A stretch of DNA of 63,481 nucleotides, counting the filler, from Guillardia theta CCMP2712 (lineage: Eukaryota; Protista; Cryptophyta): NCBI RefSeq assembly GCF_000315625.1. It is 6 parts of 6 records of this genome, joined end to end, with 100 filler letters (N's around TTAATTAATTAA, not from the genome) between each part and the next. Parts side by side here need not be neighbours in the genome. Positions count along the whole stretch, not along the records: positions 35,725 to 51,909 come from NW_005434326.1; positions 52,010 to 56,540 come from NW_005434629.1; 4 more parts are not named here. One strand, written 5' to 3'. The translations under genes were made by a program, and so were the position numbers. Shown here piece after piece: positions 42,147 to 55,303 of this stretch. Numbering within the stretch: position 1 is the first letter of the stretch; every line of letters begins with the position of its first letter. The notes below the pieces were generated by a model. It saw only the letters and a program-made list of their open reading frames with translations. It had not been told where the DNA came from and did not search any database.

Positions 42147-43661
42147 TCAAGAAGGGTTGCGGCAAGACATGTACATGGTGTATGAGAGCGTGGAGCCGGT
42201 AGTGTCGGTCACGATCAGAGCGTTGAGGCTGCTGGTGAGGGCGAGGGAAGCTGTTCTCCACCGGGTCTTGTCCTCCACCTGCTCCAGGAACGGGTTGAAC
42301 TCCCACAGGTGCAGCAGCGACCCCTTGAGCGCGTGCCACACGTAGATCTCCCTCCTTGCCACCACTCCCACCAGCTTCTTCCCGCAGCTCGTGAAGTCCA
42401 CGGCCAGCACTCTGCTCTTGACCTTCTGTATCCTCAGAGTCTCTGAGATTCGCGTCCCTGACCCGACGCTGCTGGGAAGCAGCCACACTCGGATGGTGCT
42501 GTCCTGAAAGACGAGAGAGCTTGAGGGGGTGAGACAGGCTGAGCAGACGTTACCTCGCTGCTCGTGACAAGCTTCTGCCCGAACATGTCAAACGCGACGG
42601 CATGCACGCTATTCGTATGCCCCAGCACCGTCGCTATGCACTTCCACGTCTGGGAACTCCAGAGCTTCACACCTGGTCAAGTCTCAGCTGGGGTAGAGGT
42701 GGAGGGAAGCAGTCGACTGGAGTCGTAGGAGCCGGTGGCGAGGAGGCTCCGGTCGGGGGAGAAGCAGACGCAGTGGACGGCAGCCGCGTGGCCTCGCAGT
42801 GACTTGACGCGCGAGAGCCTCGGGTCAGACGTCACTCGCCACACGCGCGCGAGGTAGTCGTCGGAGCAAGTGGCGACTAGCTCGTCGTCCTCGCCTGCGA
42901 GAGCGCGTGAGGGCAAGAGGACGCGAGTGGCAGTCAGACAAGGCAAGGGAGGGGAAGGATGAGGGGCAGAGAGGAAGAAGAGAGGGAGGAAGGCAGAGAT
43001 CAGTGAAGAGCTCGTACTCAGTATCATCCCGTTGATGCTCGCATCGTGTGCCGCATCGAGTCGACTGACCTCCAGCCCCTCGTTGTAGAGGAGGAGGAAA
43101 CGACCGCGAGCGAGGAAGACTGACTTGCCGTCGTTGCTCACTGCCGCAAAGTCTATCGGCTCAGCCAGCTCGAAGCTCTGCAACGTCCTCCCTGTTCTTG
43201 TCTCCCTCACCATAAACTGCTCCCTCCCTGCGCGCCTCTGACTCGCGTCGGTGTTGACGTCTGAGCGCTTGGACAGGAAGCAGCTCGTCTCTCCGCTCGA
43301 CGACAGGCAGCAGGGCGTGCTCTTGAGCCGACGAATGCGCGGTAGGAGTCGCCGAATGCCTGCGGATGCATCAGCTGGAGAGACGGAGGAGGAGGAGAGC
43401 GACTGACGGGGCCAGCCTCGGGAGGACGCCTTGTCGTAGTCAACCTTGTCCTTGCTCCACACGCTCAGGTCCCCTTCGAACGTCCCTGTCGCCTGCAGAG
43501 GCAGTGAGCGAGGGGGGAGGAGCAGAGGGGGAGGAGCAGAGGCAGCTGGTGAAGTCCTACGATAAATTCTCCTCTGCTGCTGATGGCGACGGACGACAAC
43601 TGACCCTGCGGTCGAAGAGCAAAGAGCTCTTCTCCTGCAGCCAAGCGTGAGGGCAGGGGGG

Positions 43662-43694
<33 letters not shown>

Positions 43695-46600
43695 CCTGTG
43701 TCCGTGTTCCACATCCTGGCGGTGCCGTCGAGGGAGCAAGACAAGACGACGCGGCCGTCAGGCGACACTCTCAGCTGCTTCACCTCCTTGTCGTGCCCCA
43801 CCAGGTTGCGGAGCAGCAGCCCGTTGCGGAGGGACCAGAGCTTGAGCTTGCCGTCGATGCCGCACGAGATCAGCCGCTTGCTGTCCGGCGCGAACGCCAA
43901 GTCCCGCACGTAGCTCTGATGCCCGTCCTCGGCCTTCTTGGGCAGCTCCAGAAGCTCTCGGAGAGGAGCGCGGAGGTTGCGGGGGAGCTCGAAGATGCGT
44001 ATGCGCGAGTCAGCTCCTGCCACCGCCAACTTCCCGTCGCGAGACAGGCAGCAGGCGAGCAAGACGCGGTTGAAGGCGACGGTCTGCATGACAAACTCCT
44101 CCTGCTCGTTCCCCATCACAACCTTCCTCGCCGAAGGCTCCGCATCCTCGTAGTTGCCCAGCAGGGAGTGAGCTGGGCTGTCGTCGTAGACAGTCAGGCC
44201 GGGAGTCTGCTGGGGGGCGGACGTTGCAGGCTTGAGGTTCCAGAGCTTGAGGGTGGCGTCCTCGGCGACGCTGATCATGATGGAGGCGGAGAGGTCGAGG
44301 TCGAGCGCGTGGATCTTGTCCGAGTGCTCGCTGAACCTCTGGAGCCTGAGCCCTGTGTCGGTCTGCCACAAGCAGATCACTCCCTTGCCGCAGCCCGACG
44401 CGACCTTGGAGCTGTCGGACGTGACTCGCAGACACGAGATGGCAGCGGCGTGTCCTCGGAGGGTGCGGAGGAGCTTGTGCTTGTCGAGGGACCAGAGGAC
44501 GACCGAGTGATCGGAAGTGCCGGCGAGGAGGTAGAGATGGTTGGGGGTGAAGGCGGCGCAGGTGATGGAGCAGCCGCTGAGCTTCTCCTTGAACACCTCG
44601 CGCACTCCTCCCGCGTTGGTCCAGCCCTGCCTGCTCCTCGAGAGGATGTCTCGCAGGTCAAGAGACTTCTTGGTGGCCTCCTGCGCCTGGAGGAAGGAGC
44701 GGAGGGAGGAGGCGAGCGAGTACTCCTCCATGTCAAACTCTCGCTTCCAGCGCCTCACCGTGAAGTCTTGAGACGAGCTCACCATCCACCGCTCGTCCGG
44801 CATGAAGCAGCAGCTGTAAACTGCTCCCTCATGCCCTTCAAACATCATCTGCTCCTCTATCCCCTCTCCGTCCTCCCGCCATCGCCACAGCACAAGCTTC
44901 CCGTCCTCCCCCCCCGTCACCACAAAACTTCCGTCCTCCGAGCTGTCGATCGTCCAGACAGTCCCGACGTGGGGGGCTCGGACCTTCCTGCTGCCCCCCT
45001 GCTGCACCTCCAGCAGGTTCACGCATGCTTCCTGCCCGCACGCCAGCAGCAGCTGGTCGTCTGGGGTCCAAGCGATCCCGCAGATCTGCGATGGCGTCAG
45101 AGGAGGGGGAGGGAGAGGAGGGGGGAAGGGGAGAGGAGGGGGAAGGGGAGGGACCGGCAGGTGCGAGGGACGGAACTCGCGGACTAGGGTGAACTTGACT
45201 GTTTCCCATAGAGCAAGAGAAGCGTCGTCTGAGCAGGAGGCGAGAAACTTTCCCGCGTGTGAGAACCTGACGCTGTTGACGCATGCCGAGTGAAACTTGA
45301 GAACCGCCCGAGGATCAGCTTGTCGTCGACCAGCCGCCGCCTCCAGGTCGTTGGGAAGGTTCCAGACCTTGACAGTCTTGTCGGAGGAGCAGGAGGCGAC
45401 GAGGCCCTGGCGCTTGTACTGACGCTTCAGGGACACAAGGATGCCGTCTCGGAGGGAAGAGGCAGGCGGGAGGTCAAGCGCGACGATGGGGACGGAGGTC
45501 GGGATCGAGACTCGCTCCATCTCCACCGTCTCGAGAGGCACGAGGATAGCGAGGGGACTCAAGTCAGCGACGGCGCTGAGATGATGCTGAAGCAGCTCCG
45601 CCTCCCGCCCCTCCAGCTGCAGCAGCACCAGTCGCCCCTTCACCCGATCCTCCGACGAGTACGCCTGCACCGGCTCTACCTCAGCTCCTTCCCCTGACAA
45701 CCTGCTCTGAGTCCGTCGGATCGATGGAGTTCGACTGATGGAGCCAGTACGACTGATGGAGCCAGTACGACTGATGGAGCCAGTGCGGTTGATGGAGCCA
45801 GTGCGGTTGATCGCCTTGTGCTTGCGGGAGTCCGAGAGAGGGTGGGAAAGGAGAAGCTCTCCGTTGAGCATGAGAGGATACGACAAGAAGCCGTCTTGCC
45901 TGTCAAAGTACTCGTTCACGTACCTCCCCGCCACCCGCATCAACTCCCTCTCGCTCTCCGACTTGTCAAGCCCGACGAAGTATGACAACTCCACGTCCCC
46001 CTCGAACGTCCGCCCGAAGTCGCCGCACCAGACAGGCGTGTCATGGGCGACGATCTTGAGCAGGGGGCTGCTGGAGGCCTGCAGAGGAAGCGACCAGAGC
46101 AAGAGAGTCCCGTCGCGACCGGTCGACAGAAGCAGCTGGTGGTCAGCTGACAGGCAGCAGTGCAGGCCGTGATCCTCGTGCGCTTTGACGGCAAACAGCA
46201 GCGACCCCTCCATGGCGTCAAAGACGTAGAGGAAGGAGGAGCGACCGACGGCAAAGATCAAGTCCCTCGAGGAGCAGCAGGAGTTCAGCTCCACCTCCTT
46301 CACCTCGCTCGCAAACTTGTACATCCCCATGATCTGCGGCTTCGACAACCACACCAGCTGCGGACGATGCTCTCGCCTCGCCTGCCAGACCTTCTTGGCT
46401 TGACGCGAAGGGCCAGTGACGTCCGGCAGGTTCAGAGCAAGCGAGAAGAACCAGTCGGACCGCCTCGATAGCTCATCGCAGTAGCGCTGGATCATAGCCT
46501 GAGCAGTCACAGTCAACATGGGGCATCAACAAACGACGACACGTCATCATTCAACATCTACTATCCCACTCATCGCTTAAGGCATCGCATGTCGACATGA

Positions 46601-49600
46601 ACGTCTTGCCCTACGTAAACGTCCTTCACTTGGATCAGATCGTGCTTCGTCCACTGCTCCCCACCGGCTGCTGCCCCCACAACTTTCCGCAGACTCCAGC
46701 ACAAGGAGGAGAGGGAGAAGACCCCGAGACAAGCCCGAGCCTCGCAGTAGCGGAGGGAGCAGACGGTCCGTAGCAGCTCCTTCCACATGCTCGCGCCCAG
46801 CAAGTGGTCCACCAGGTTCAAGATCTGAGGTAGGCTCGGTCAGTCAGACAGACAGTCAGACAGTCAGTCAGTCAGTCAGTCAGTCAGTCAGTCAGTCAGT
46901 CAGTCAGTCAGTCAGTCAGACAGTCAGTCAGTCAGTCAGTCAGTCAGTCAGTCAGTCAGTCAGTCAGTCAGTCAGTCAGTCAGTCAGTCAGTCAGTCAGT
47001 CAGTCAGTCAGTCAGTCAGTCAGTCAGTCAGTCAGTCAGTCAGTCAGTCAGTCAGTCAGTCAGTCAGTCAGTCAGTCAGTCAGTCAGTCAGTCAGTCAGT
47101 CAGTCAGTCAGTCAGTCAGTCAGTCAGTCAGTCAGTCAGTCAGTCAGTCAGTCAGTCAGTCAGTCAGTCAGTCAGTCAGTCAGTCAGTCAGTCAGTCAGT
47201 CAGTCAGTCAGTCAGTCAGTCAGTCAGTCAGTCACTCACCTTGAATCTGTTCTCGCCATGCCAGCTCTCATCCTCGAGGAACCTGAGGTTCGTCAGGTAG
47301 TGAAGAGCCACTAGCTTGTGCCCCTCCGTCTTGTCCAGCTGCTCACAGGCGGCAGCCAACCAGCTCATGCGCTGAGGCGAGCTTGCCATGACCAGGCTTG
47401 TCTGACCGAACGGCAGCAACGAGACCGCGGGCTTGAGGTCGTTGATCAGCAGCTGGTAACGCGGCCATGAGCATCGCGACGGCGGCAGCTGGAGCTCCTC
47501 GCTGAAGAGGTTCAGCAGCTCGTAGAGGTCTTGCTCCAGCAGCCCCTCCCTCCCGACGAGCAGCAGCAGCACCAGTCTCTGAACTGAAGCCTTGCCGTGA
47601 TGCTGGTACAAGGCTTCCAGCACCTGCTCCTTCCCCAGCTCTGCTCCCAGCTCCAGCCTCTGACAGATCCCCAGCTCGTTCCAAGCAGCATGGAACGTGT
47701 GTCCGGTAGCCGGCAATGCCGACGACTGGGGGTCAGCGTGAGAGCGGTGGGAGGAGGCGGAGGAGGGAGGAGAGGAGGGAGAGGAAGGGCCGTCGAGGGA
47801 GGCGCTGTCAAGCCAGATCTCGTAGAGCTCAGAGGAGTGACCGAAACTGGTGCGAGACTGCTTCAGGTTGTTCAGGAGCCGACCATCGCTGCAAGACACC
47901 ACGAGCTTGAAGTTGAAGGGAAGAGACTGCGGCAGCCAGTCCACCTCCTCCAACCTCCTCCCGTCTCTCTCCAGCAAGTCCAAGTCCTCCAGCACCAGGT
48001 ACAGTCTGCTCGTGATCTTGGCCTGCAGCAGAAGCGACGCGAACTCTTGCTTGAGAGGCTCGTAGTCCAGCTGGGGGATGCTTCCTCGGAGGTGGAACTT
48101 GGCGCGAAGCTCGAGGCAGACTCGAGTGAGCAGGAGGGAGATGTCCTGGGAGAAAGGAGAGCCCCCGACACGGTGATAGATCACCCCGTCGCTCCTGCTC
48201 TGATACTCGAGATGCTCCACCACCGTTTGAAAAAGCTGGGTCCTAGCTGGACCCGGCTCGCCGACGAGAGCGACAGGCCAGTTGGAGTTTTCCTGGGCAG
48301 CTGAGAGAGTCTCGTCGAACTCTTCCTGGAACTCACTCACGTTGGCGGGCTGGGAGGTCCCGAGCCTCTGGCCGTCAAACTCCGGTGTGTCAAACAGCGA
48401 CGATGCGTCAGCCCCTTCAGTCGCTCGCTCGACCTCCTCGAGTTGCGCCAGGCCCACCAACGGGATGCTGTCTCGCAGGTCCGCTAGCGCAAGCTCCTTC
48501 AGCTTCGTCAGCCACCTCGTCAGCTGGGCCTCTGCTGAGTCCCTGAAGTCTCTCCTCACGTCCACTCTAGCTCGCAGCCCCTCCCCGTGCAGCTGCTCGA
48601 CCTTGGAGGAGATCTTGAAAGGCATCTGAGACAGCAGGCGCTCCTTCTTCCTCTTCGCTTCCTCGCTCTTCTCCCGCAGCTTCTCGCACACCTCCGAGTA
48701 GTCCAGACTCCCTCCCTTGTCCTCGTCCAGATGCTCCCACACCAGGTCCACCTGCTCCTCCTCCAGCTCTACCCCACACGACTGCAGCCCCTTGACAAAC
48801 TCCATCCTGTCGAGACTGCCGTTGCCGTCCTCGTCCAGCTCCTCGAACACACTTGTAGCATCGCGAGCTTGTCCCGTCATCGGGTTACGGATCAACGCAG
48901 TGAAGATCAAGTCTGTAAGCTTCAAGACCTCCATCTTACGTTGCCGCGATCTCTCTCTCTTCTTCTTCTTGATCAAACTCAACTTGTCCTGCAAACATAT
49001 CAATCACTTGTATCTCATCTCTTACTTGTATCTCATCTCTTACTTGTATCTCATCTCTTACTTGTATCTCATCTCTTACTTGTATCTCATCTCTTACTTG
49101 TATCTCATCTCTTACTTGTATCTCATCTCTTACTTGTATCTCATCTCTTACTTGTATCTCATCTCTTACTTGTATCTCATCTCTTACTTGTATCTCATCT
49201 CTTACTTGTATCTCATCTCTTACTTGTATCTCATCTCTTACTTGTATCTCATCTCTTACTTGTATCTCATCTCTTACTTGTATCTCATCTCTCTATTTCG
49301 CATTGTTTCCCTCACCTGTGTCGCTTTGACCGCTCGCTTTGATCCGGAGCCAAGTGAGTCGGAGACGCTGACGGAGCCGAAGAAGCTGGCGGAGACGGAG
49401 GACTCATGGAACGAATCTTGAGCTTGCATGCTACTGCTGTCGGGGTCGACACACACGTAGAAGAAGGCGCGCGGGCAGCGGCTGCTCTCGCCCTTGAGCG
49501 TGAAGGACAAGCTCCCACGCTTGGCGACCTCCGTGCAGAGGAAGTCGAACTGTGAGGGCTGAGAAGCATCGAGGGACGAGGAAGAGAGCCCACCATAGGA

Positions 49601-51870
49601 GTAGCCGATGAGAACAACAAACATGGCGTTGCTCTCTGACAACGCGGGAAACGCCTGACAGAAATCAAAGAAACGTCAAGTCAAGCTCTACCATACACAA
49701 GTCAAGCTCTACCATACACAAGTCAAGCTCTACCATACACAAGTCAAGCTCTACCATACACAAGTCAAGCTCTACCATACACAAGTCGAGCTCTACCATA
49801 CACAAGTCAAGCTCTACCATACACAAGTCGAGCTCTACCATACGCAAGTCAAGCTCTACCATACACAAGTCAAGCTCTACCATACACAAGTCAAGCTCTA
49901 CCATACACAAGTCAAGCTCTACCATACGCAAGTCGAGCTCTACCATACACAAGTCAAGCTCTACCATACACAAGTCAAGCTCTACCATACGCAAGTCAAG
50001 CTCTACCATACACAAGTCAAGCTCTACCATACACAAGTCGAGCTCTACCATACGCAAGTCAAGCTCTACCATACACAAGTCAAGCTCTACCATACACAAG
50101 TCAAGCTCTACCATACACAAGTCAAGCTCTACCATACGCAAGTCGAGCTCTACCATACACAAGTCAAGCTCTACCATACACAAGTCAAGCTCTACCATAC
50201 GCAAGTCAAGCTCTACCATACACAAGTCAAGCTCTACCATACACAAGTCAAGCTCTACCATACACAAGTCAAGCTCTACCATACACAAGTCAAGCTCTAC
50301 CATACACAAGTCAAGCTCTACCATACACAAGTCAAGCTCTACCATACACAAGTCAAGCTCTACCATACACAAGTCAAGCTCTACCATACGCAAGTCAAGC
50401 TCTGCTTTGCTGCTTTACCAGGTCGGGGCTTCTCAGCTGCTGCTGGGTCATGGTGACGTGATCGCATTCGATCTCGCGGATGTTGACTTCAATCTGAGCC
50501 CGCGCCATCATCTGGCAAGGAGCAGCTGAGCGACGGGGGGGGAGGGAGGAGCACCTGGCGGAGGGCAGGAAACACTTCACGCCACAGCAGCGACACCTCC
50601 CTCTGACAGTCGCCGCTGGCTCGGAGGACGTAGACGTTGACGAAGGACCATGGGTACGGATGCCTCGAGCTCTGATTCCAACTTGTTCGCAAGCCTGTCA
50701 GGCAGTCAGCGCTTGAGGTGACGCTGCAGTCACCCGCGACCTTGCCCCTGCTCTCTCCCTCCTTCCCCTTGCACGTCTTTCGTTAGCGAGAGGAGAGAGG
50801 AGGAGAGGGTCTCACCGGCAGCCTCCTCGAACTTGTCCGCTTGTCGTTGTCGGTTGAGCTTCTGCGGCAGGCGGTGAGGAGGACGAGGACGAGGACGAGG
50901 ACGAGGAGGACGAGGACGAGGACGAGGACGAGGAGGAGAGCCGGATCACACACTCGCACGATCTCCTTGGCCTTCACCACAGCCAGCACGTTGATAGAGG
51001 CTCGCCGGAGATTCCGCTGGTTCTTGCTGACCGTCTCCTCCCCCCCACCTGCCTCCCCCCCGTCACCGCATGTCAGCCGCCGCTGCCAGGACCTGGTCGT
51101 GAGGCAGCCACCGACCGCTGGACAACTGCCGGACGACTTGGACGATTCTCTCTCGCTGCTGCTTCAGAGAGCTTATCTTCCTTCGAACCGCCTTGGTCTC
51201 TCCTCGCGTCCTCTCCCGCTCCTGGACAGCCGAAGGTCACGATGAGGAGGAGGAGGCGGCAGCGGTACCGCATCCTGCCTTCCCGTGCTTCGATTGTCGG
51301 AGGAGAGCGAGAGCGAGTCTCCTGCTGCATCTGCCGCTGCTGAGTTGAGATCCTCCCCCTGCTGTCGCTCTCAGTGCAAGTCGTTGCCACTCACGGCACC
51401 TCTGCTGGCTCCAGTTGAGAGTCGGACTCCACCACCTGGTGAACGTGATCAGAGACCAGCTGGAGGGGAGCTGAAGCTCAACCTTGACATCAACCGTCGC
51501 AGAGGTCAGCACCTCCTCATCAGGCTCCGGCACCTTGACGAACTTCTGGCTGAGAAGCTCCCTCCTCCGATTCTGTCGGGCGATCAGGAGCAGCGAGCGA
51601 GGACGTCCATCACCTCGAGGTAGACGGCTGACTCTCTCTTCTGTCTCGCTCCTGTGACGTCAAGCTTGTTCGCCAGGGCGCTTGCCATGCTGACTCCGCC
51701 CAACACTCTTCGCGCTCCCACGGTAATCTTCTCCTTCATGTTCCTGCCCCTCAACATCAGCTGCAGGTTCAAGCGAGCAAAGCTCTCACCGGTAAGCGTA
51801 TCTGCTGTACTCCGAGAGCCGTTCGCCCACCATCTCCTTCCACTCTCCTCCTCCTCCTCCCCTCTCTCCA
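42147..51870 (-). CDS. Large DUF4062-like / EF-hand / degenerate NACHT-type STAND / multi-WD40 protein (TEP1/NWD-like)
   Basis: DUF4062-like exons (REVSLLWREVFPALRQ; FVVLIGYSYG), EF pair DEDGNGSLDRMEF and DEDKGGSLDYSEV, VALVGEPGPART, LYLVLEDLD, DWLPQSLPFNFKLVVS, then many GH...W[DN] WD40 repeats. 5' end uncertain because of the gap at 51910. Confidence 0.82.
46839..47233. repeat. (CAGT)n microsatellite filling an intron
   Basis: ~395 bp, directly visible, abutting the GTGAG donor at ~47239. Confidence 0.97.
49006..49291. repeat. 18-bp minisatellite (ACTTGTATCTCATCTCTT), ~16 copies, intronic
   Basis: Directly visible. Confidence 0.95.
49676..50402. repeat. 21-bp minisatellite (AAGTCAAGCTCTACCATACAC), ~34 copies, probably intronic
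   Basis: Directly visible, with two recurring single-base variants. Confidence 0.95.
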
Positions 51871-51909
51871 CGCTCGCTCCTCCTCCGTCTCTCCCTACGC
51901 TCCTGCCAT

Positions 51910-52009
51910 NNNNNNNNNNNNNNNNNNNNNNNNNNNNNNNNNNNNNNNNNNNNTTAATTAATTAANNNNNNNNNNNNNNNNNNNNNNNNNNNNNNNNNNN
52001 NNNNNNNNN
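51910..52009. other. Assembly gap spacer
   Basis: N run with TTAATTAATTAA. Confidence 0.98.
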
Positions 52010-52879
52010 TGCCCACTCCACCCTCGCTATCCCTCCTCCCTCTCCCTCTCCTCTCTGTCGCTCTCGCCCTCGCCTCGCCCTCCCCTCCCCCTCCTCCTCT
52101 CCCCTCCCTCTCCCCTCCCTCTTCCTCTTCCTCTTCCTCTCCTTCTCTCCTCCCCTCCCCTCCCTCTCCATCTGCTCTCGGTCGCTCAGCATTCCTCAAG
52201 AAGGCGCATCAACGGCATGCTCATCTTAGAGGATACAAATCGAGTCCGCCTCGGATATTATGGACCCTGGTTCGTCAGGGCAGCAGCCAGAATTACTTGA
52301 TGGAATAGGTGCAAGAATGAGAGGGAAGTTGTAATGCGGGGATCCGCCCTGACTGCAGCAAGCAGGGAGGAAGGAGGTGGACGAGGCGGGGAGGAGGAGC
52401 GAGATAGAGAGGAAGTTGGAACTGCAGCTCATGGCTGAACAGGAGGTGAGGAGGAGGACGAGGAGGAGGGGGGTTGCGGCCTCTGAGGGCGGAACAACGA
52501 GAGTGGTCGCAGGTGGATAAGAAGACTTTGAAGATGCCGAGGAAGAAAAAAGGAGTTTTGAGCGTTGTCGTGAGGATGGTTGTTATGACAATGACGATCA
52601 GCTTCATCTGCGCGTCTTGTCTCAGCTCTCCTCTTGGCTCGGACGATGCACGATGGAGGGTGAACACGACGACGAGCAACATCAGCGGGGACGTGCGAGC
52701 GGGTTCGAGCAAGGAGCGAGGGATGCAACAGGGAACTACTTCACCTGCAGAAAGAGGAGAAGAAAACGTCTGTGAGGAGAGCAAGGACGGCGGGAATGAT
52801 TACATCTACACCGATGATGTCGAGACCATGAGAGCCATCAGGAGGTGCTAAGAGGAGGGGCGTGCAGGAGGAGATGAGA

Positions 52880-52963
52880 TAGGGGAAGGAAGGGGGTAGC
52901 TAGGGGAAGGAAGGGGGTAGCTAGGGGAAGGAAGGGGGTACTAGGGGAAGGAAGGGGGTAGCT
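52880..52963. repeat. ~21-bp G-rich tandem repeat (TAGGGGAAGGAAGGGGGTAGC) x4
   Basis: Directly visible. Confidence 0.9.
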
Positions 52964-53079
52964 CGCCGATGGAGTACATGGAGAGGGAGGGTCAAATGGG
53001 ACGAAGGGGTCGAAGAGGGTTAACGAGAGGAAGAAGTTGTGCTAGTTGAAGGTGAAGATTCTTTCGTTCTTGTGTGCAG

Positions 53080-54720
53080 GACGTACAACACCACCGCAAG
53101 TGTCAACGAGAGGAGGATCGTCTGGTAAGAAAGCCGCTGGCGCTCAACGTGTGATGGGGCTTGCAAGGTACAAAGACCCTGTCCGGAAAGAGCTGAGCTC
53201 GGCGTCTGCTGGGGGTGGCGGGAAGAGAAGCTCTCGCTGCATCCATGGGGTGAGGGACCCGAGGTGTGTATGCCTGGCATACTGGCCAACGAGCGTTTGC
53301 AGGGCTGCACACGGCATGCCAAGTATGGCATGTTCGACAGCGTGTACGTGAACCTGCGATGCGGAGGAGGAAGTTGAGCTGACAGGGGTGTGCTGCTCGT
53401 CAGGTCCAAGAGGAGGCAGCTATTCTGCGCCATCCACCGCCGTCCTGCCGACGAGGACCTGCGGAGTGAGGCGCTTTTTCTGATCCATCCTTGTTGCCTG
53501 ACCGGCCATGGCAGGCAAGCGCTGTCAGACGCCAGACGGCTGCAGGAATCCTGCGAAGTTCGGGCTGTCATCCCAAGGTGCTCCGTGCTCGCCTTGCTGT
53601 TGGTGGTGTTTGAGAGTCCAGCAGGAGCTCCGCTCTTCTGCAAAGAGTGAGACGAGCACAGTAGCTCATCTCTTGCGATGCTCACGGCCGTTGCCAACAG
53701 CCACAGGCAGAAGGGGGTGCATGTGTACCTTGCTTCCAAGAGGTGGATAACATCGCCGCTGGCTCTACTCTGACCTGATCCCTGCCTGCTTCAGGTGCGA
53801 GCATCCAGGCTGTTTCCTGTCACCCTCCTACGGCGATGTAGCTGGCAGACGGCAAGCCCCCTCGCTCCTGCTCTTGCCGCCATGCTCATGGATTTTCTCA
53901 GCGCTCAATTCTGCTCGAAACACAAGAAGAAGTCTCAAGTGCTTGTTAAGCGCAACAAGTGCCAGGTGCCGTTTGTTGCTGTCCCAACTCTGCTGCTGAA
54001 CTGCTCCTTTCAGTTTCCAGAAGGGTGCTGCGCACATTCTGCTCCCTACTACCAGACAGTTTTCAACTCCAAAGGTAATGATTTGGCTATGAGGTGGACT
54101 GAGATGACAAGAACCGGAGGGATAGAGAGGAGGATGCAGGAGGAGGATGAGGGGGGAGGTAAGGGGAGGAGGATGCAGGAGGAGGATGGGATGGTAGAGG
54201 TGAACTGAAGACTTGTTCTACAGTGAGCTGTGAGAGTTTGTTGAACAAGACGACAACCCCCGCGGATTTCTCGAATGGGGTGAAGTTGTGCAAGGGGCAT
54301 CAGGTAGTCTGCGGGTGGGGGGCGGGAGATGAACGAGGAGACAGAGAGTCTACAACGTGAACAAGAAGACGAAAGGAGCTGAGACGGCGAAGAAGGCGGA
54401 GCTGAAGCAGGTGTGCTGGGATCGTTGTCTTGCCGGGAGTTTGACCTCCTGTTGACCCTCTAGAGGAACGATGGCTCGAGGAAGGGAAGGAATGTCACTC
54501 TTGAGATCCAAGAGCTCTGCCGAGCTGTACAGCCCGAGCTGCAGGAAGCACCTTCGAAGAGCAAAGGTGCACAGCATGGGCCCACCCTTCTTATGCTGCT
54601 GATGTGACGCCATGCCAGGGCCGAGCATGTCGATCCTGTGGTACCAGCGACTCTCCAAGGGATAGGCATGCGCCAGCTGCGGCATGAGAGCATGAGATAG
54701 GATGCGAAGACAAGGATGTC
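53080..54720 (+). CDS. EsV-1-7 type Cys/His-rich repeat protein, many small exons
   Basis: Spliced repeats RCIHG/GCTRHAKYG...FCAIHR, KRCQTPDGCRNPAKFG...FCKE/HR, CEHPGCFLSPSYG...FCSKHK and NKCQ/FPEGC. Boundaries approximate. Confidence 0.72.
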
Positions 54721-54933
54721 GTTCTGCATCGCTGGGGAGGGGGGGAGGGCAGCCATAGAGCGACAGGACTGACCCAACTCTCCCTCCCTCCCTCCCTCCT
54801 GCCTTTCCTCAGTCTGACCTGACCGTCGGGCAGACGATCTGGTCAAAGAGGTGGGTGGTAAAATTGAGAAGAAGGGGTAGGGGTGGGAGGCCGTTGAATC
54901 GGTAAGGGGATCAAAGGGAGGAGGGAGGGGACC

Positions 54934-54967
<34 letters not shown>

Positions 54968-55303
54968 GAGCAGGGAGGGGGCTCCCTGGGTAGCAGCAGC
55001 AGGGCAGCAGGAGCAGGAGCAGGAAGAGGAGGAGACGATAGGACGAGGAGAAAACAAAGACAGCGAGTCCTTCCTATCATATTGAAGCTTGCTGACATGC
55101 AGAGCAGGTTTTGCTGCTGTCGGCATTAGCGGAAGTTAATGGACTTCCCTGAATGGAGAGGAAGGAGACTGTTCCAGTCAGGTTGCGACTGCTGTCGTGT
55201 ACTCCCCTGACATGCCACTAGAGGACAACAGGAGACGGTCGTTCCAACCAGATGTCAGAGTGAAGGTAACGGGGAGTCGTAGGAAGCGATCGACTTACGG
55301 AGC

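Noticed and set aside
49665-50393. 242-aa (MVELDLC)n ORF or CRISPR-like array
   Set aside because: Head-to-tail 21-bp minisatellite with no unique spacers, lying between splice sites of the STAND gene.
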